From Vicugna vicugna (taxonomy: Eukaryota), in contig MU058423.1 in the NCBI GenBank assembly GCA_013265495.1, forward strand, positions 7,760,721 through 7,824,720: 64,000 nt of DNA, written 5' to 3'. Shown piece after piece: positions 1 through 12,527 of the stretch (position 1 is its first letter; each line of letters starts with the position of its first letter). Below the pieces are notes generated by a model that made no database searches, was not told the origin of the DNA, and saw nothing but the letters and a program-made list of their open reading frames with translations. A program made the position numbers and the translations under genes.

Positions 1-1854
1 CTAGAGTTCTAGGTAACTCTATTTCTCCTCCATCTGTAGAGGATGACAATGAGGTACCCTGTCAGGAGATACTAGGAAGCTTAAGAAGGAGCCAATCAAA
101 ATGGAGAACTGGGCAGTCATATATAAATATAAAAAGAGAATCACTGAGGCAATTCAATAAACCCACCTGGGGGGAGGGTACAAACACAGGCAGACTGTTC
201 TGCCACACAGCATCGTCTCTAACACCAAGCAGCTCTTTTACGAGTGGCAAGTACAGGATGTAATGTCGACATAACAGGAACGGGTTGTTTTACAAATGCT
301 GTTTTTCTAGGCACGTGGAGCTGGAATCATGTTAGCAGAACTATACCGAGCCCTATACCCAGGTCATTTTCCCCAATAAGATGTACCCCAAGTCTTGTTC
401 TGGGTTTGTGGCAGGCTTCGCTAACCACTGTGCCCAGTTAAAGAGCAGCCACAGTGACTTTGAGTTATGCTTCCATCCGCAACACCCCAGGCCCACAAGT
501 CAGCATTTCCACTCAACGACTCTGACACTTACGGCATCTCACGGTGCAGACAGCAGTTATTGTGAGATGCCGCCCCTAGTTATCCAGGCAATCTCTCAAG
601 GTACCAATTGTTGTTTTTGTTACTGTTCTGGAGACACAATTAAATGGGTTTTGGGCAATTTGTCCCAGCCCCATTTCCCCCATAAGCTATATAATTTCCA
701 GTATATAGTTTTTCAGAATGCAGGGTTTTTCAAGAATCCAAGTGTGATGTTACAACAGAAACACCCGTACATGTTACCCTCTGTAGAGAGACTAAAGGGT
801 ATGCAACGCTGGTTTTGTTCGAATTATATGACCAGGTCTCCTTGTTTTGACTTCCTTCGCTTGAAGCGACTTCTGATAATTACCGGTCAGTCAAATGCAA
901 ATACCCAATCCGCTTGTCAAATTTCTCATGGGAAATTATAAATTTGCATTTTTATTACATATGTCAATCTCTTATAAACTTGGTTAACAGGTATCAGCAA
1001 CAATTCAGTCAAGTTTAAGCACTAATCAAATTGAGTTTCTGAGCTTAAAAAACTGAGGACCAGACTCTGAACTCCTGGGAACTAACAGAGATTAATGATG
1101 CCCTCTAAGGTCTTAACTCAGCAACCATCTCACTTCATCTAAGGCTGACACCCCTTCCCACCTTGCTGTGCACCCTTTTAGGATGTCTAATTACTATACT
1201 GCAACACAATGGAGACCAATTTGGATCCAAACCCCCAACTCTGAATAAATCAGTTAATAAATCAATGTTATGCACTAAGAAATGATGGTATTTACTGGGA
1301 ATTTAGAAGTATGTGGTTTTGAGATCTGAGAACTATCTAGTTCAGCTTTATGTTTCTAACCCCTGGTTTATGTAACAGTAAGGAAAATTTATTCCTATAA
1401 TATTGCTGCAAAGGAAAGCAGTATAAATGATACGTCCATATACACTGTAGCCTCTGACAAAGGAAGTTCTTAGGTGGCTCAGAGCATCTCCTGGGGCCAC
1501 CACATCAGTAGAAAGCTCTATAACTATCTTATCCAAAATCGCAGCCTCAAGTCAGTCAGAAGACGATACACATTCTATTTAAGAGAAAAATAAAATCACT
1601 TTCCTCAAGACTCCACTCTCATGCTCAGACAGCTTAGTCAGGAAATTCTTAACTCTTCTGCAAACCTAATCTTCACCGCCTGCTCAGAGAGAGCAAACAG
1701 GACCACATTCTAAAATTATGATTAAAAAAGCTTACATGCTCTGAAGAAAACTTGAGATGTATCTAATCTTTATGCTCTTCTGACCCCCAAAACTACAATA
1801 TAATTTTGAAAAAGGACTCTGAATTAGTGGAATAATCTTGAATTTAACACTAAT

Positions 1855-1990
1855 AAACTGTCTGAGTTGGGAAAACCATGAGACCACTCTGAGTCTGTTT
1901 TCTCTGAGTAAAATGGGACCAACAGTGTCCATCATGCCTGCCACCTCACGGTGTAGCAAAGAACCACTATGAAAAATGCAATCCATTATG
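1855..1990 (+). mobile_element. MIR SINE fragment (core)
   Basis: 'ctctgagtctgttttctctgagtaaaatgggaccaacag...cctgccacctcacggtg' resembles the MIR core (ctctgagcctcagtttcctcatctgtaaaatgggg...cctacctcatagggt). Confidence 0.6.
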
Positions 1991-3699
1991 ATGGGTTATA
2001 TAAATGAAAGAGGGTATCACCATACTAAAATTGTAAAGATTTTAAAATATGGAATTCAATTTAAAAAATTCCAAGCTAATACAAACAGTAGATACAATTA
2101 ACATGTATTTCAAATCATCAATATTAAATAAAGTATAAAGTCTGATTCTCTCTTTGAAAAGTTTCAGTGTTTCAGGGAAATCAGGTTAGCTACTTCAGGC
2201 ACAAAAGAATAGAGGCAGAACCTAATGCCATTTACCGCTCACCCACCAATACCAGCTCCTGAATGCAACAGCACCTCTAAAGTTCATTCATTTAGCCACA
2301 TAAATATCACTTAATCCCATAGCTGCTACATCCCTGTCTGCTGTGTACTCACATTTTTCTCTGGTTATCAGTTAAATGCAAGCATTATATTACCATCTTT
2401 TTTCTCCCCTGGTATACTTCCTGAATTAAGTACACTTAAGGAGAGAGTGTGGTCTGAAGTTTCTTTAATTTCCATTCTCACTTCCTTATCATTCCTTGAT
2501 ATATAATGCTTGGAACTGGTGATTTGTCAATTTTAATAGTCCCGAGCCTTTTAAGGACCCACAATGTTATCTTTTCATTTCCTAATTATTCAACTTCTTC
2601 CCAGAGAGACCTCATTTATGTAACATCTAGTCTTTATAGTTTTTTTTTTAATTTCAAAGGCAAAAGGAGAACGTGCACATATCGTAAGCATTAACTATTA
2701 TATAATTTCTGTAACTGTTCTTTGGTGCAATAGCTAATCATACACATTTCAGCAATATTTGACAATAAAATAAGTAACAGTTAGATTTTTAGGTTATGCT
2801 TTAACAGAGACTGAGTTGGATTTTTAATTTTTAACCTCTGAATTCCCCTGTGTGGTTTACTGTGGAACTGAAGGTGATTCTCATTCGTATTCAGTTTCCT
2901 ATGCAGCTTTCATCCTGTCCCCTCGGTGTTTCCTAACCTCCTGCCTTCTGATCTTCATTGTCTTCAGCACTCTGATGGAATATATTACATGAGCATTCAG
3001 TCTAAGTGTTCTTCAAACATCTTTTATTTCCCAATAAAAACACTAAGTAAAAGGCTTTACTAACTACACTTTGGGTAGAAATACCAAGCCTGACACAACA
3101 GCTGTAAAACTGCCTTGTCCTTATCAGGCAGTAATTACTTCTGGAACTGTCCTTTGAGTGCACTCCTGTATGTTTTATATTATCAGAAGCACATGGCTTC
3201 CCTGCTAGAAATCATGTACTATGATAACAAGCCTCCCAAAGCACCATATGGGCATTTCTGTCAGATACAGTCAGACTGCCTAAAACCACAGAGTATTTAC
3301 AAAGACACAAGTGCAAGCACAAAAAGAAATAATTGAGTCTAGGAGGTTATTAGCTTAATTTTGGCATGATGAGAGAATTAGTTGAATTACAAAATGTAAG
3401 ATTATCAGAAAGAGAAAAACTGATGAGTAGTTTTTACAAAGGTTTCTCTTCCCAGCAATTGGAGATGCAGGAAAAGTGTGACTCTTTTGACTATATTCTT
3501 CCCAAAAGGACCACTTGCTGGCCCTCAAGTATGCCATGAGTTTAATTCCTCTGAGAATGTACTGTTCACTCAGTTAAGAATGATAATGTTCAATGTTCTA
3601 TCAAGACCCAGTTAAAATTAATAATTTGTTACATGTTCTCATCCTTATACTCCAGACTCATTACTCCACAGAATTATTTGCTTCCTTCATATGTCCTCA

Positions 3700-4290
3700 T
3701 GGCATCTGGTTTATCTCTAGTATGACACTTATAGCATGGCTAAGTAACTGCTTGTATATTTTGCATATACATGCCTGTGTCTCTGCATATATTGTGAGCT
3801 CTTAAAAAGACGGAATTATTTTAGCCATCATTGTAGCCCCAATACTGATAAGGTCTCATAAATTCAGTATCAACCATTTTTCAATAAAATAATTCAAATG
3901 TCATAATGTTATATTTAATTAACATAACTAGCTAATTAATTACTCCTATTTACTGACCCTACTCTGAGCTCTCAGACAACATTTACAACCGCTATTTGAC
4001 ATCTCACTGTAGATATCTCAAAAGCGCATCAAATTTAATATGTCCAAAAATACATTCATGGACTTCCAGTTCCTAACATGGATTTGGCTTGGTGTCTTCT
4101 ACCTCAATGAATGTTACCATCCATCCAGCTGTGTGAGCCAGAAACCTGTATGTCACTCTTGACACCTTCGCCTTTACCATCTTCATTTCCATTTCGCTCA
4201 CATTCCTCTTGATTCTGCCTGTTAAATACGTTTGAGTCACTGCAGTTTTTGCCATTTCTACCACCCTACTCTACTCCAAAATACCAGCAC
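3700..4290 (+). mobile_element. L2 LINE fragments (3' end and ORF2 3' region)
   Basis: 'attgtgagctcttaaaaagacgga...ttgtagcccca' resembles the L2 3' end. 'catcaaatttaatatgtccaaaa...ccatccatccagctgtgtgagccagaaacctg' resembles the L2 ORF2 3' region. Confidence 0.65.
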
Positions 4291-5139
4291 CTCAAGCGGC
4301 TTTTGGAGAGGTACGCTGAAAGCAAAAATTAAAACGTAAGTAAATGTGAATAAATGTATAGGGTTTTGATTGATGAAAAAAGACTTTAAAAAGAACGAGA
4401 TGCTAATCACAGACTCTCTACCCATTAAGGTTTATCTGTAAAGACATGAGACTGGCCTGAAAAATGTGTCCCTTATGATAGACCCTCTCAGGGAATGTCT
4501 TGAGAAGTACAGCTGTACAGTTGGCTTTATTTGGCCTATCAATGAACACTGAACACCAAATGTAATATGGACTACTGTTTAGAGGGAGAGAGGGACTCTT
4601 ATTTGCATCATGGCAGCAGAGGTTTCGTGAGAGGAAAAGGAAGACTGAGACTACAGCGTTCCCAAGGTTTTCCTCTAATGAGTCTTCTTTGATATTATTG
4701 AATTCTCTTACCTGAAGTTTGAACTGTAGTCATATTTTCCTCCGTTAGGCAGAGGTCCCAGGATAATCTCTGTTCTGCAGGAGTTCACCATCCACTGAGG
4801 AAGAAAGAAGTATAAAACATTTGCTACAATACAATATATTAGGATCATGTTTGGGCAACGGCTTAAGATGGTCAACAACCGAAGAAATGCAAAACATGCC
4901 TTCTCTCTTCCCTCTATTTCCTATAAAGTATATAAATTGTGTTTGAAGAAATCTATCCAATTGCAATTACATGCTCTTTTGGCTAAATGACTAAAACAGA
5001 CATTTGAAGAATTACAGTCATTCAAAATAGCATAGCCTTTCATTGATACATGTTATTCTAGGTAAAATAAATAAACTATCACCTGCAGACTCAAAAGCCA
5101 AGCCAAGCTTATATTTAATGTTGAATAGGTTCACTAGCT

Positions 5140-6310
5140 TACGAAGGGAGAGCTCTGGCAGGGGTTCCCAGGGACAAAAAAAGAACATTTGAATATTGAA
5201 AGGCAAAAAGAGGTTTCCTAAGAAGAGAAGGTATGGGTGAAGTATTAGCAGCAGAACAGTATGGAAAAAGGGACATGTGGTTAAAAAAAAAAAACCTGAT
5301 GTGTTAGGACACAGTGGAAAGTGTGGTGCAGCTGGAACCAAAGACAAGTGGTTCTGTGGGTTGGACTGAGTGATAAGAGATGAGATGGACTGATTCAGTA
5401 GGTCAACACCAAATTGTAAAGCTCTATACAACATGTTAGAGAGTTTTCACTTCATCCTGTAATCAAAGACCTAAAAGAGGATTTTAAAAGGATTTTGTCT
5501 TACTAAGATTACTATGGTAGCACTGAGTTAAGACTGGAATAGAAAAACAATGATGAAAGTAAATTCCAAGAAAATTCTGAAAAGGTGTTTTGTAAAATTG
5601 TGATTTTGTTGGGTTAAGAGATTACAGGTATAACAAAGAACCATGAGGCAAAATGGATAGCGTCTGATGACTGGTGTGAGAAAGACAAAATCTTAATAAC
5701 TGTGATTTATAGTTTGATGGTAGATGGTTATAACCTTAACTGAGATAAAGAATACAAGAACAGGAATAGATTTTGGAGGTAATGGAAAATCATGAAAGTT
5801 CATTTTGGTACCTATACTATTTGAGGAAACTGAGGTATATTCAAGAAGCAATCAGATGTAAGTATATAAAAAGTTCAAGACTAAAGGCATAGATTTGAGA
5901 GACATCAATACATAGAAGATAGTTGACTGCATTGGGCAAATAAGTCTCCTTACACACATATAAAACATAGTTAGAAGTGAAATATAAAGGATCAAAACCT
6001 GTGGAATTCCAATGGGTAAGAAGCCTCCAGCAAGGAAAACTGGGCACTAATGGTTAGAGATCTAGGGAAAAGTCAGAAGGGAGAATTGTCTTAGAAACCA
6101 ACAATGAAAAAAAAATTATTTTTTAAGCATGGGGTGGATAACAGTAGTAAAAACTGTACAAAGAAGTCAAGTAGTACTGAAAAAAGTTATCAAAGATGGT
6201 GATCATGAGTTTGTTAAAAACTTTAGTGTTTCCATAAAGCAGCAGAGGCAAGTAAATAAAAAACAGCTGTCAAGTAGTTGTAACAATTCAACAGAACCTT
6301 GGCTGTACAA
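5140..6310 (-). mobile_element. L2 LINE, degraded
   Basis: Purine-rich run with antisense L2 landmarks: 'gagttttcacttcatcctgtaa', 'taaccttaactgagataaagaatacaagaacaggaatagattttggagg', 'atagatttgagagacatcaatacatag'. Confidence 0.75.
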
Positions 6311-8203
6311 GGAGTAAGAGATACAGTGTCAAATATAACTTGAGTAAGACTAACCCAGTGTGATAGTGTTTGGAGGAGAGATGACTTTATAAACCAGGTT
6401 AATCTCCATTTCCTAGTCCTAGAATAGCTGAGGTGGCATCATGACGATGTGCAGCAAACCTACGAGTGCATGAGTCCTGCCTTCATCCAACCACTTTTTT
6501 TCCCTTTGTTTTTATCCCCAATGGAGATATAAGCACCACAGAAGCAGAAGAACTTAACATGTCTCATACAAACTAAGATCTCAATCTTAGATTTCTAGAA
6601 TTTTAGAATGCCAAAATGAACCATATGGAGAACTTACATGAGACAATATTTGGTCTAACTGAAACAGCCTCATAATGACTGCATGGTCCACTCAGTCCTC
6701 CCATCTCGCCCCCACCTCCAACAATCAAACTGCGTGTGGTATGCAGAAAGTGACACATCCCCACACCACAGTGTATTCTGATCCAAAACGTGACTGAGAG
6801 AGGGCAACGTCCATAAGGAAACAATCTTCAGAATAGTCATACTTTGCTATCTGACATCATCTGAAAATGGCACTTACTAGCACACTACCCAGAAAAATGG
6901 TTCAAATTTCAACTAATCTAGATTACCACACTTCCTCCATTAAGGTGTGTTCCCTCATTGAGAAGGAGTCAATTATTATCTAGGAACTAAACTTTAGAAA
7001 CATTGTTACTTATCTCTCATTTAATTTACCCCTTTACGTAAGGACACATGTAGTTTGAAATATTTAAAGCTGAGTTATTGCTTTTAGGCAAAAGTCATTA
7101 TTGACACTTAAAGTAAAAACTCATCTTAAGAAACTACACAATTATTAAGGGATGTTTTAAACCTAAATTAAAATATTTTAGTGTGCATGTTCTTTTCAAG
7201 CAATAAACAGTATTTCATGTCTTTAGAAATGGCATGAAATTAATTTTGATGTCACAATAGTCATATATTCCCATTCATACTAGCAAAATTTGCACATTAA
7301 ATTATGGTGAAAGTTAAAATAAAAATTATAGGTAGAAGACACTGCACATTCTATGTCTAAATTTAAAGTAAATCTTTTTACAATGAAAGTGGACAAGTTA
7401 ATTTATTTAATTCTGTCACATAAGATAGAAAAGAAATTTGCTTGTTGGCTACAATTCTATTCAAATGGGCAGGCAATTTGGTCAGTTCTTAATTATAAAA
7501 GAAATACCGGTATCATTAAAATAATTTAAAATGGATAATCCAAAGGTTCCTTTAAATTTATGATAGAATACACATTTTAATAATTATACTCAAATATGAA
7601 TTTATCCTAGGATAAAAACCCATTTTTAATAAAGCATTATCACTATAATTCTTGAAGATCAAACTACGAAGTCAGAAAGCTGAACAATTTCCCCTACTTC
7701 CTTAAAGCTCAACCAATCCTTCATCTCCCTTCAAAGTCTGTTCTTAAAGACCCTCTACCTGGACCTAAAATCTGATCTTGTTGTTTCCTGTTTCATACAT
7801 ATGTGTACATATATATATGTTACTCTCTTACTTATCTTTCTTACTCAGGGACTAATATAGGGCTAAGTGTGTTGGACACATGCATAACAGTGCCTTTTGG
7901 GCCCAGCACCCTCTTCTGCCTGCTCACAGATGTCTGTGAAGGGTAAAAATATTAGGCTGAGTTTTTGCCCAGGGTTAGCCACTTACTGGACTGAACTGAG
8001 TATCTGATTTATAAGTTGGATGAAATGGCCTGGCCCAAAATGTTCAAACCAAGTATGATCAATTGAAACTGGATAAGCCAAAATATCCGTTTTCTTCCAG
8101 AATTTAGACTAGAGATTACAAAAGGGTTTGACTAATCACATCAAGAAGAGGCAGAAGGGACACAAAGGGAGAAGCAGAGATATGAAAGAACAACCTACTA
8201 GAG

Positions 8204-8424
8204 CAGGGTCTACAAATTCTTTTCTGTAAAGGGACATACAGTAAATATGTTAAGTGCTACAGAATATACAGCACCTGTTGCAAACAGTCAGCTCTACTAC
8301 TGTAGCAAGAATGAAGACACGAACAAATATGTAAACGAATGTGGCTGTGTGCCAATAAAAATTTATTTACAGAGACATGTGATGTGCCAAATTTGGCCAA
8401 CAAGCCATAGTTTGTCAATCCCTA
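8204..8424 (+). mobile_element. MER58A hAT-Charlie MITE, full length
   Basis: Starts 'cagggtctacaaattcttttctgtaaaggga', contains 'gtggctgtgtgccaataaaa' and ends 'ccatagtttgtcaatcccta'. Length about 220 bp. Confidence 0.88.
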
Positions 8425-8432
8425 CTCAAGAA

Positions 8433-8785
8433 TACTGCTGTCCAGTAGTTGTGTCATATGAGCCATGTATGTTATTTGGCATTTTATACTAGCCACATTA
8501 AAGTTAAAATAAATAGGTGCAATTAATTTTACTAATACATTTTATTTAGCCCAGTGTGTCCAGAATGCTATCATTTTATCACATCTTTAACAAAAAAATC
8601 ATTGAGAAATTTTACATTCTTTTTTAATACTGAGTCTCAGAAACCTGGTATGATTTTATACTTAAAGCACCTGTCAAGACAGTCTAGGCATTTCAACTAG
8701 AACAGAACCTCTCAATATAGACTAGACACATTTCAAGTGCTGAATAGCCACCTCTGACTAGTAGCTATCATACTGAACTCTGTTG
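8433..8785 (+). mobile_element. MER33 hAT-Charlie MITE
   Basis: 'tgctgtccagtag...tagccacattaaag...aattaattttactaatacattttatttagccc...catttcaagtgctgaatagccac..gactagtagcta' follows the MER33 consensus from end to end. Confidence 0.85.
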
Positions 8786-10519
8786 CTGTAGACCATGAAA
8801 TTAACTGTGAGAGTAGCTACTCTCCTGTGATGTCCAGAGTCCTTATGAATTTTAGTTGCAGCATTTTGTTAAAAGACAGCCTAGGAAGATCTTGTTATTG
8901 GCAGCCCAAGGCGCCTAACCTAAGCGTGAACAGATTGATGCATGTAGGAACAATGGGATAAAGTCTAACTATTAAGTGCTTGGATCATCCCATCTTACAT
9001 ATATTTTACTCACTTCGTGTTTTCATTATCATTTAAAGTGAGAATTTAGTGAGAAAGAGGGGTTTGTCCTGCATATGTTGCAATTCATCAGCTCTCCTAC
9101 ACTCTTTTTCTTATTTCATTCCATGGAGATGTTCAACAACTGTTTTTGAGCAAGCATTGAATGTGATTGTCCTTACATTTACCAACTACTCACAAAAATG
9201 TTTGTATTGCTTTAAAAGAAATTATCAAGCCTTAATGCAGAAGTGTATTACATACTAGGTAACCAAATCAAAAAAAAAACAAACCTACATAACTCAGGCA
9301 TTCTATAAATTAGCCAAGAAGTACCCCTATGTAAACAAGTCAGTCCTGAAAAGGAGGAAGGCAGGAGTCAGGGAGGCGGTCTTTCTTGAGCTAAGTCCTA
9401 AAAGCAAGGCAGGTGTTTCTTGGGTAGTTCAGTTGTTTACGGTGGGAAGCAGCACCAGGGCACTGTTTTAAGCAAAGCTTTATACTCAAGGGAACCAGGG
9501 AGAAAGTCATTTTTTTTTTTTAAAAAAAGGGAGGTAGCCATTAACTAGGTAAATGTTGGGTATTTATTTTTGTGATTTGAAGAAATTTAACTACCTACAT
9601 ATATCAGCTTTATTTCAAAGAAATAATTACTCCAATTAATACCTCTGAATTCACCGCTGGCCTTCTCTATAAGGATAAAAAAAAAAAAGAAAACTACTGT
9701 CCTCTTAAGACTTAATATTTCTGTTTCAGGAAAGAATCCTTTTACTATTTGGTACAAAGAAAGTTGAGTTTGAATGGTTTTGCTGACCCAAGCTCAAAAC
9801 ATGCCCTTATTTTAAAGACTGGAAGGTCTCATAATTTATAATTCTGAACGAACCCATTATAAGATGTAGAATATTTCAAAGGCGATCAAGAACAGAACAT
9901 GTTTGCTAAAGAAATGGCACTTTTGAAGTCTTGAATCTGGCTGACCTTTCCTTCTTTCGGCTTTTTCAAGATAAATGGCTGCAGAGAATGACTAAGGGTT
10001 GGAGGGAGAAGCAGTTAGCAGCAGCAGCAAACCTCCAGAATGCCGAGGCACTTGTGAACGGTAGATCATTTCCTTTCATTGCAGGAACCCCTGCCAACGT
10101 CTGATCATTCTGATTAGTTCAAACTAATCATGAATGATTCATTAAGTCACTCTCTAGTTTATTATGAGGTCTGAGCTGCATACACCTGGAATATTGAGAT
10201 AGGAAAGAAACCATTGTTTCATCTAAAATAGCATTTTGCCAAAAAAATGTAGATTAAATATCTTAGTTTTCCTTGCATATCCTACTGCACAGAATACAAA
10301 CTGAAGTGAAAATTAAGTTACAAATTCTCACAGAGCATTTACAATTACTAATTCAGAATTTATTCACTTGTCTTATTTGATCTTCCAAAATATATGTTTG
10401 TGGTGGTTGTTACTGATTTTCATCAGGTGAAACATACTCTGAAGCAAGTCAGAACAGGAAAATTAAGGTGCTATGCTAATCCAATAGTTCCCGGCCACAC
10501 TGTCATAATAATATAATCC

Positions 10520-10692
10520 ATTTATTTATTAAGACTTACTATGTGCTGAAGTATCCCCATAGCATATACTGTCATTTAGCCTTAAAGAGACACTGCAGGT
10601 TAGATTTTCTACCTTCCTGCTGGGCAAATAAAGAAATTAGAACAGAGTTTTTATATAACATGCCCAAGTTGCAGTAAGGGGCAGATACGGAA
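10520..10692 (-). mobile_element. MIR SINE
   Basis: 'atttattaagacttactatgtgctg...catgcccaagttgcagtaaggggcagatacggaattc' is antisense MIR. Confidence 0.65.
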
Positions 10693-11420
10693 TTCATTCA
10701 TTTGTTCAATCGGTAAATATTTATTGAGTTCCTTTTCTAAGCTTAGCCCTGTTCTAAGGAATACAGCAATGAATGAACCAGATGAAGCCCTTGTTCTTAC
10801 TGAGGACACTCTAGTAGAAAGAGATTGTCAGTTAAAAAGAAATATAATTATTTGTATTGTATTATACAATACAACTAGCAATGGGGTTGGTAAGGTGAGA
10901 AATCCATCTAGGTGTAGATAAATGGTAAAGAGCTCAGCTGATGTGTGATTTTATAGAGGCTATGGTGGGTCTCAATGTTAAAAAAAAAAAAGTTTGAACA
11001 GAAATGTGAAGAAAGCAAGAGAGTGCATGTGCCAAGACAAAGAAAGATAAAGGGGTTTAGTGGTGAATCTTGTTGGTGTATTCACAGAACTCCAAAAAGA
11101 CCAGTATGCTTGGAGAGGATTGGAAATTAGTCAGAGATGATATTAGGAAGGTCCCTGGAATGAGATCCCAAAGGGTCTTAAATATAGCAAGCAGATTTTA
11201 AATCAAATTTTCAGTAAAACCACAGCCATGAAAAGTTTTTAATAGAATGACTTGATCTAAAGTTTTATTCTAAAAAGATCACTCTTTCTACTTTGTAGAG
11301 ATGTAGGAGATGTAAGGGTTAAAAATAGAAATCTACGTTAATATGAATTTGTCTAGAGGGATAGCAGTCGAAGTATAAGAAAGGCTCTGATTTTGGAAAT
11401 ATTTTGAAAGTAGAGCCAAC
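10693..11420 (-). mobile_element. L2 LINE 3' portion
   Basis: Begins with the antisense L2 tail 'ttcattcatttgttcaatcggtaaatatttattgag' and ends at 'gattttggaaatattttgaaagtagagccaac'. Confidence 0.8.
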
Positions 11421-11904
11421 ATCATAACTAAGAATACATAATTAATTGAATTTTTATTGCCACTTAACAATCTTTATAACTTTTCCTTTCAAATTATACC
11501 TACCCTAAAAACACAGGTTAAAGGAATCAAATAATTTCAAAAATAATTTTTTAAATTATTTATTTACTTTCTTAATAATTTAAAGGTATGACATCAAATG
11601 AAGTCCTTACATTATGGACTTGCTTAACACTTGCAATCTGCTCCTGTTGTACAAGTGATATCCCTTTGTCTCAGGATTTTCATAAAAAAAAAAATTTATC
11701 TCCCTACCTCCCTTACATTCACTGCATTCACCAAATTCCCTCTCTGTCACATACATTTATTTCAAGAGGGAAACAACCTGTCATCCATTTTTGTTTTATT
11801 TTTCAGTTTCTTTCTTTATTTTTTAAGGCAGTTGTTGAATGTTTCAAATAACAACAATACCAAATTAACTAACTTGTATATACCAGAAAATAAAAACTTG
11901 GTCA

Positions 11905-12115
11905 TTAAGATAATGAATATGGATGCGGAACGCCTACCTTCAATTCCCAGCCCTTACTGGCTTTGGGAACACAGACAAGTTACGGTCTCTCTTCTGTCCC
12001 TGAGTTCCCTAATCTGTAAAACTGACATGACATTAGTAGTGTTTATCTCAAAACATTATTGTGAGAATCAAACAACTTAAATATGTTAAACAGCTATAAT
12101 TGTGCCCAATAAAAT
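11905..12115 (+). mobile_element. MIR SINE
   Basis: 'ttcaattcccagcccttactggct...ccctgagttccctaatctgtaaaactg...ttattgtgagaatcaaa'. Confidence 0.75.
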
Positions 12116-12527
12116 AGTACTGTTTGTGTCACGGTCATCTTCACAGCTGTGGAGAGAATTAATTCATTGTTTTTAAAATCACAAGAATTTGATAAACATC
12201 AAACCAAACTGGGCTCCTGCTGACACTCCCGCACTGCTTTTCTCTCCACCTTCTGCAGTACTTGGGTGGTTTGCAAAGTTTAAGAATGATGCTGACCAAG
12301 GTACCAAACTGAAATTGAGTAACAGTACCAAGAATACACCAGCCTCAGGCATTTTCTGAAAGGACAGTATCAGAAGTATCACTCCTATAACACGAAATTT
12401 TTGGCAGATCCCATTTTTAATAATTTCATACTCTTGCTGTGACCCTGACTCAAGACTATCAACAGGAAGCATAGTCCATCATAATCCAACCATTATCATC
12501 ACAATCAAGCTTCCTTTATGCTATTAC

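Larger units (their letters stand above)
7880..8925 (+). mobile_element. Old MLT1-type (ERVL-MaLR) LTR interrupted by two DNA MITEs
   Basis: The 3' part 'cttgttattggcagcccaaggcgcctaacctaag' resembles the MLT1 terminus (ctgttacttgcaaccaaaag..tcctaactaatac). Weak MLT1-like sequence at 7880-8195. Confidence 0.45.

Noticed and set aside
381..941. Longest ORF (186 aa) as a protein-coding gene
   Set aside because: No recognisable domain or homologue and a random-looking composition; an ORF of this size can arise by chance in 64 kb read in six frames.
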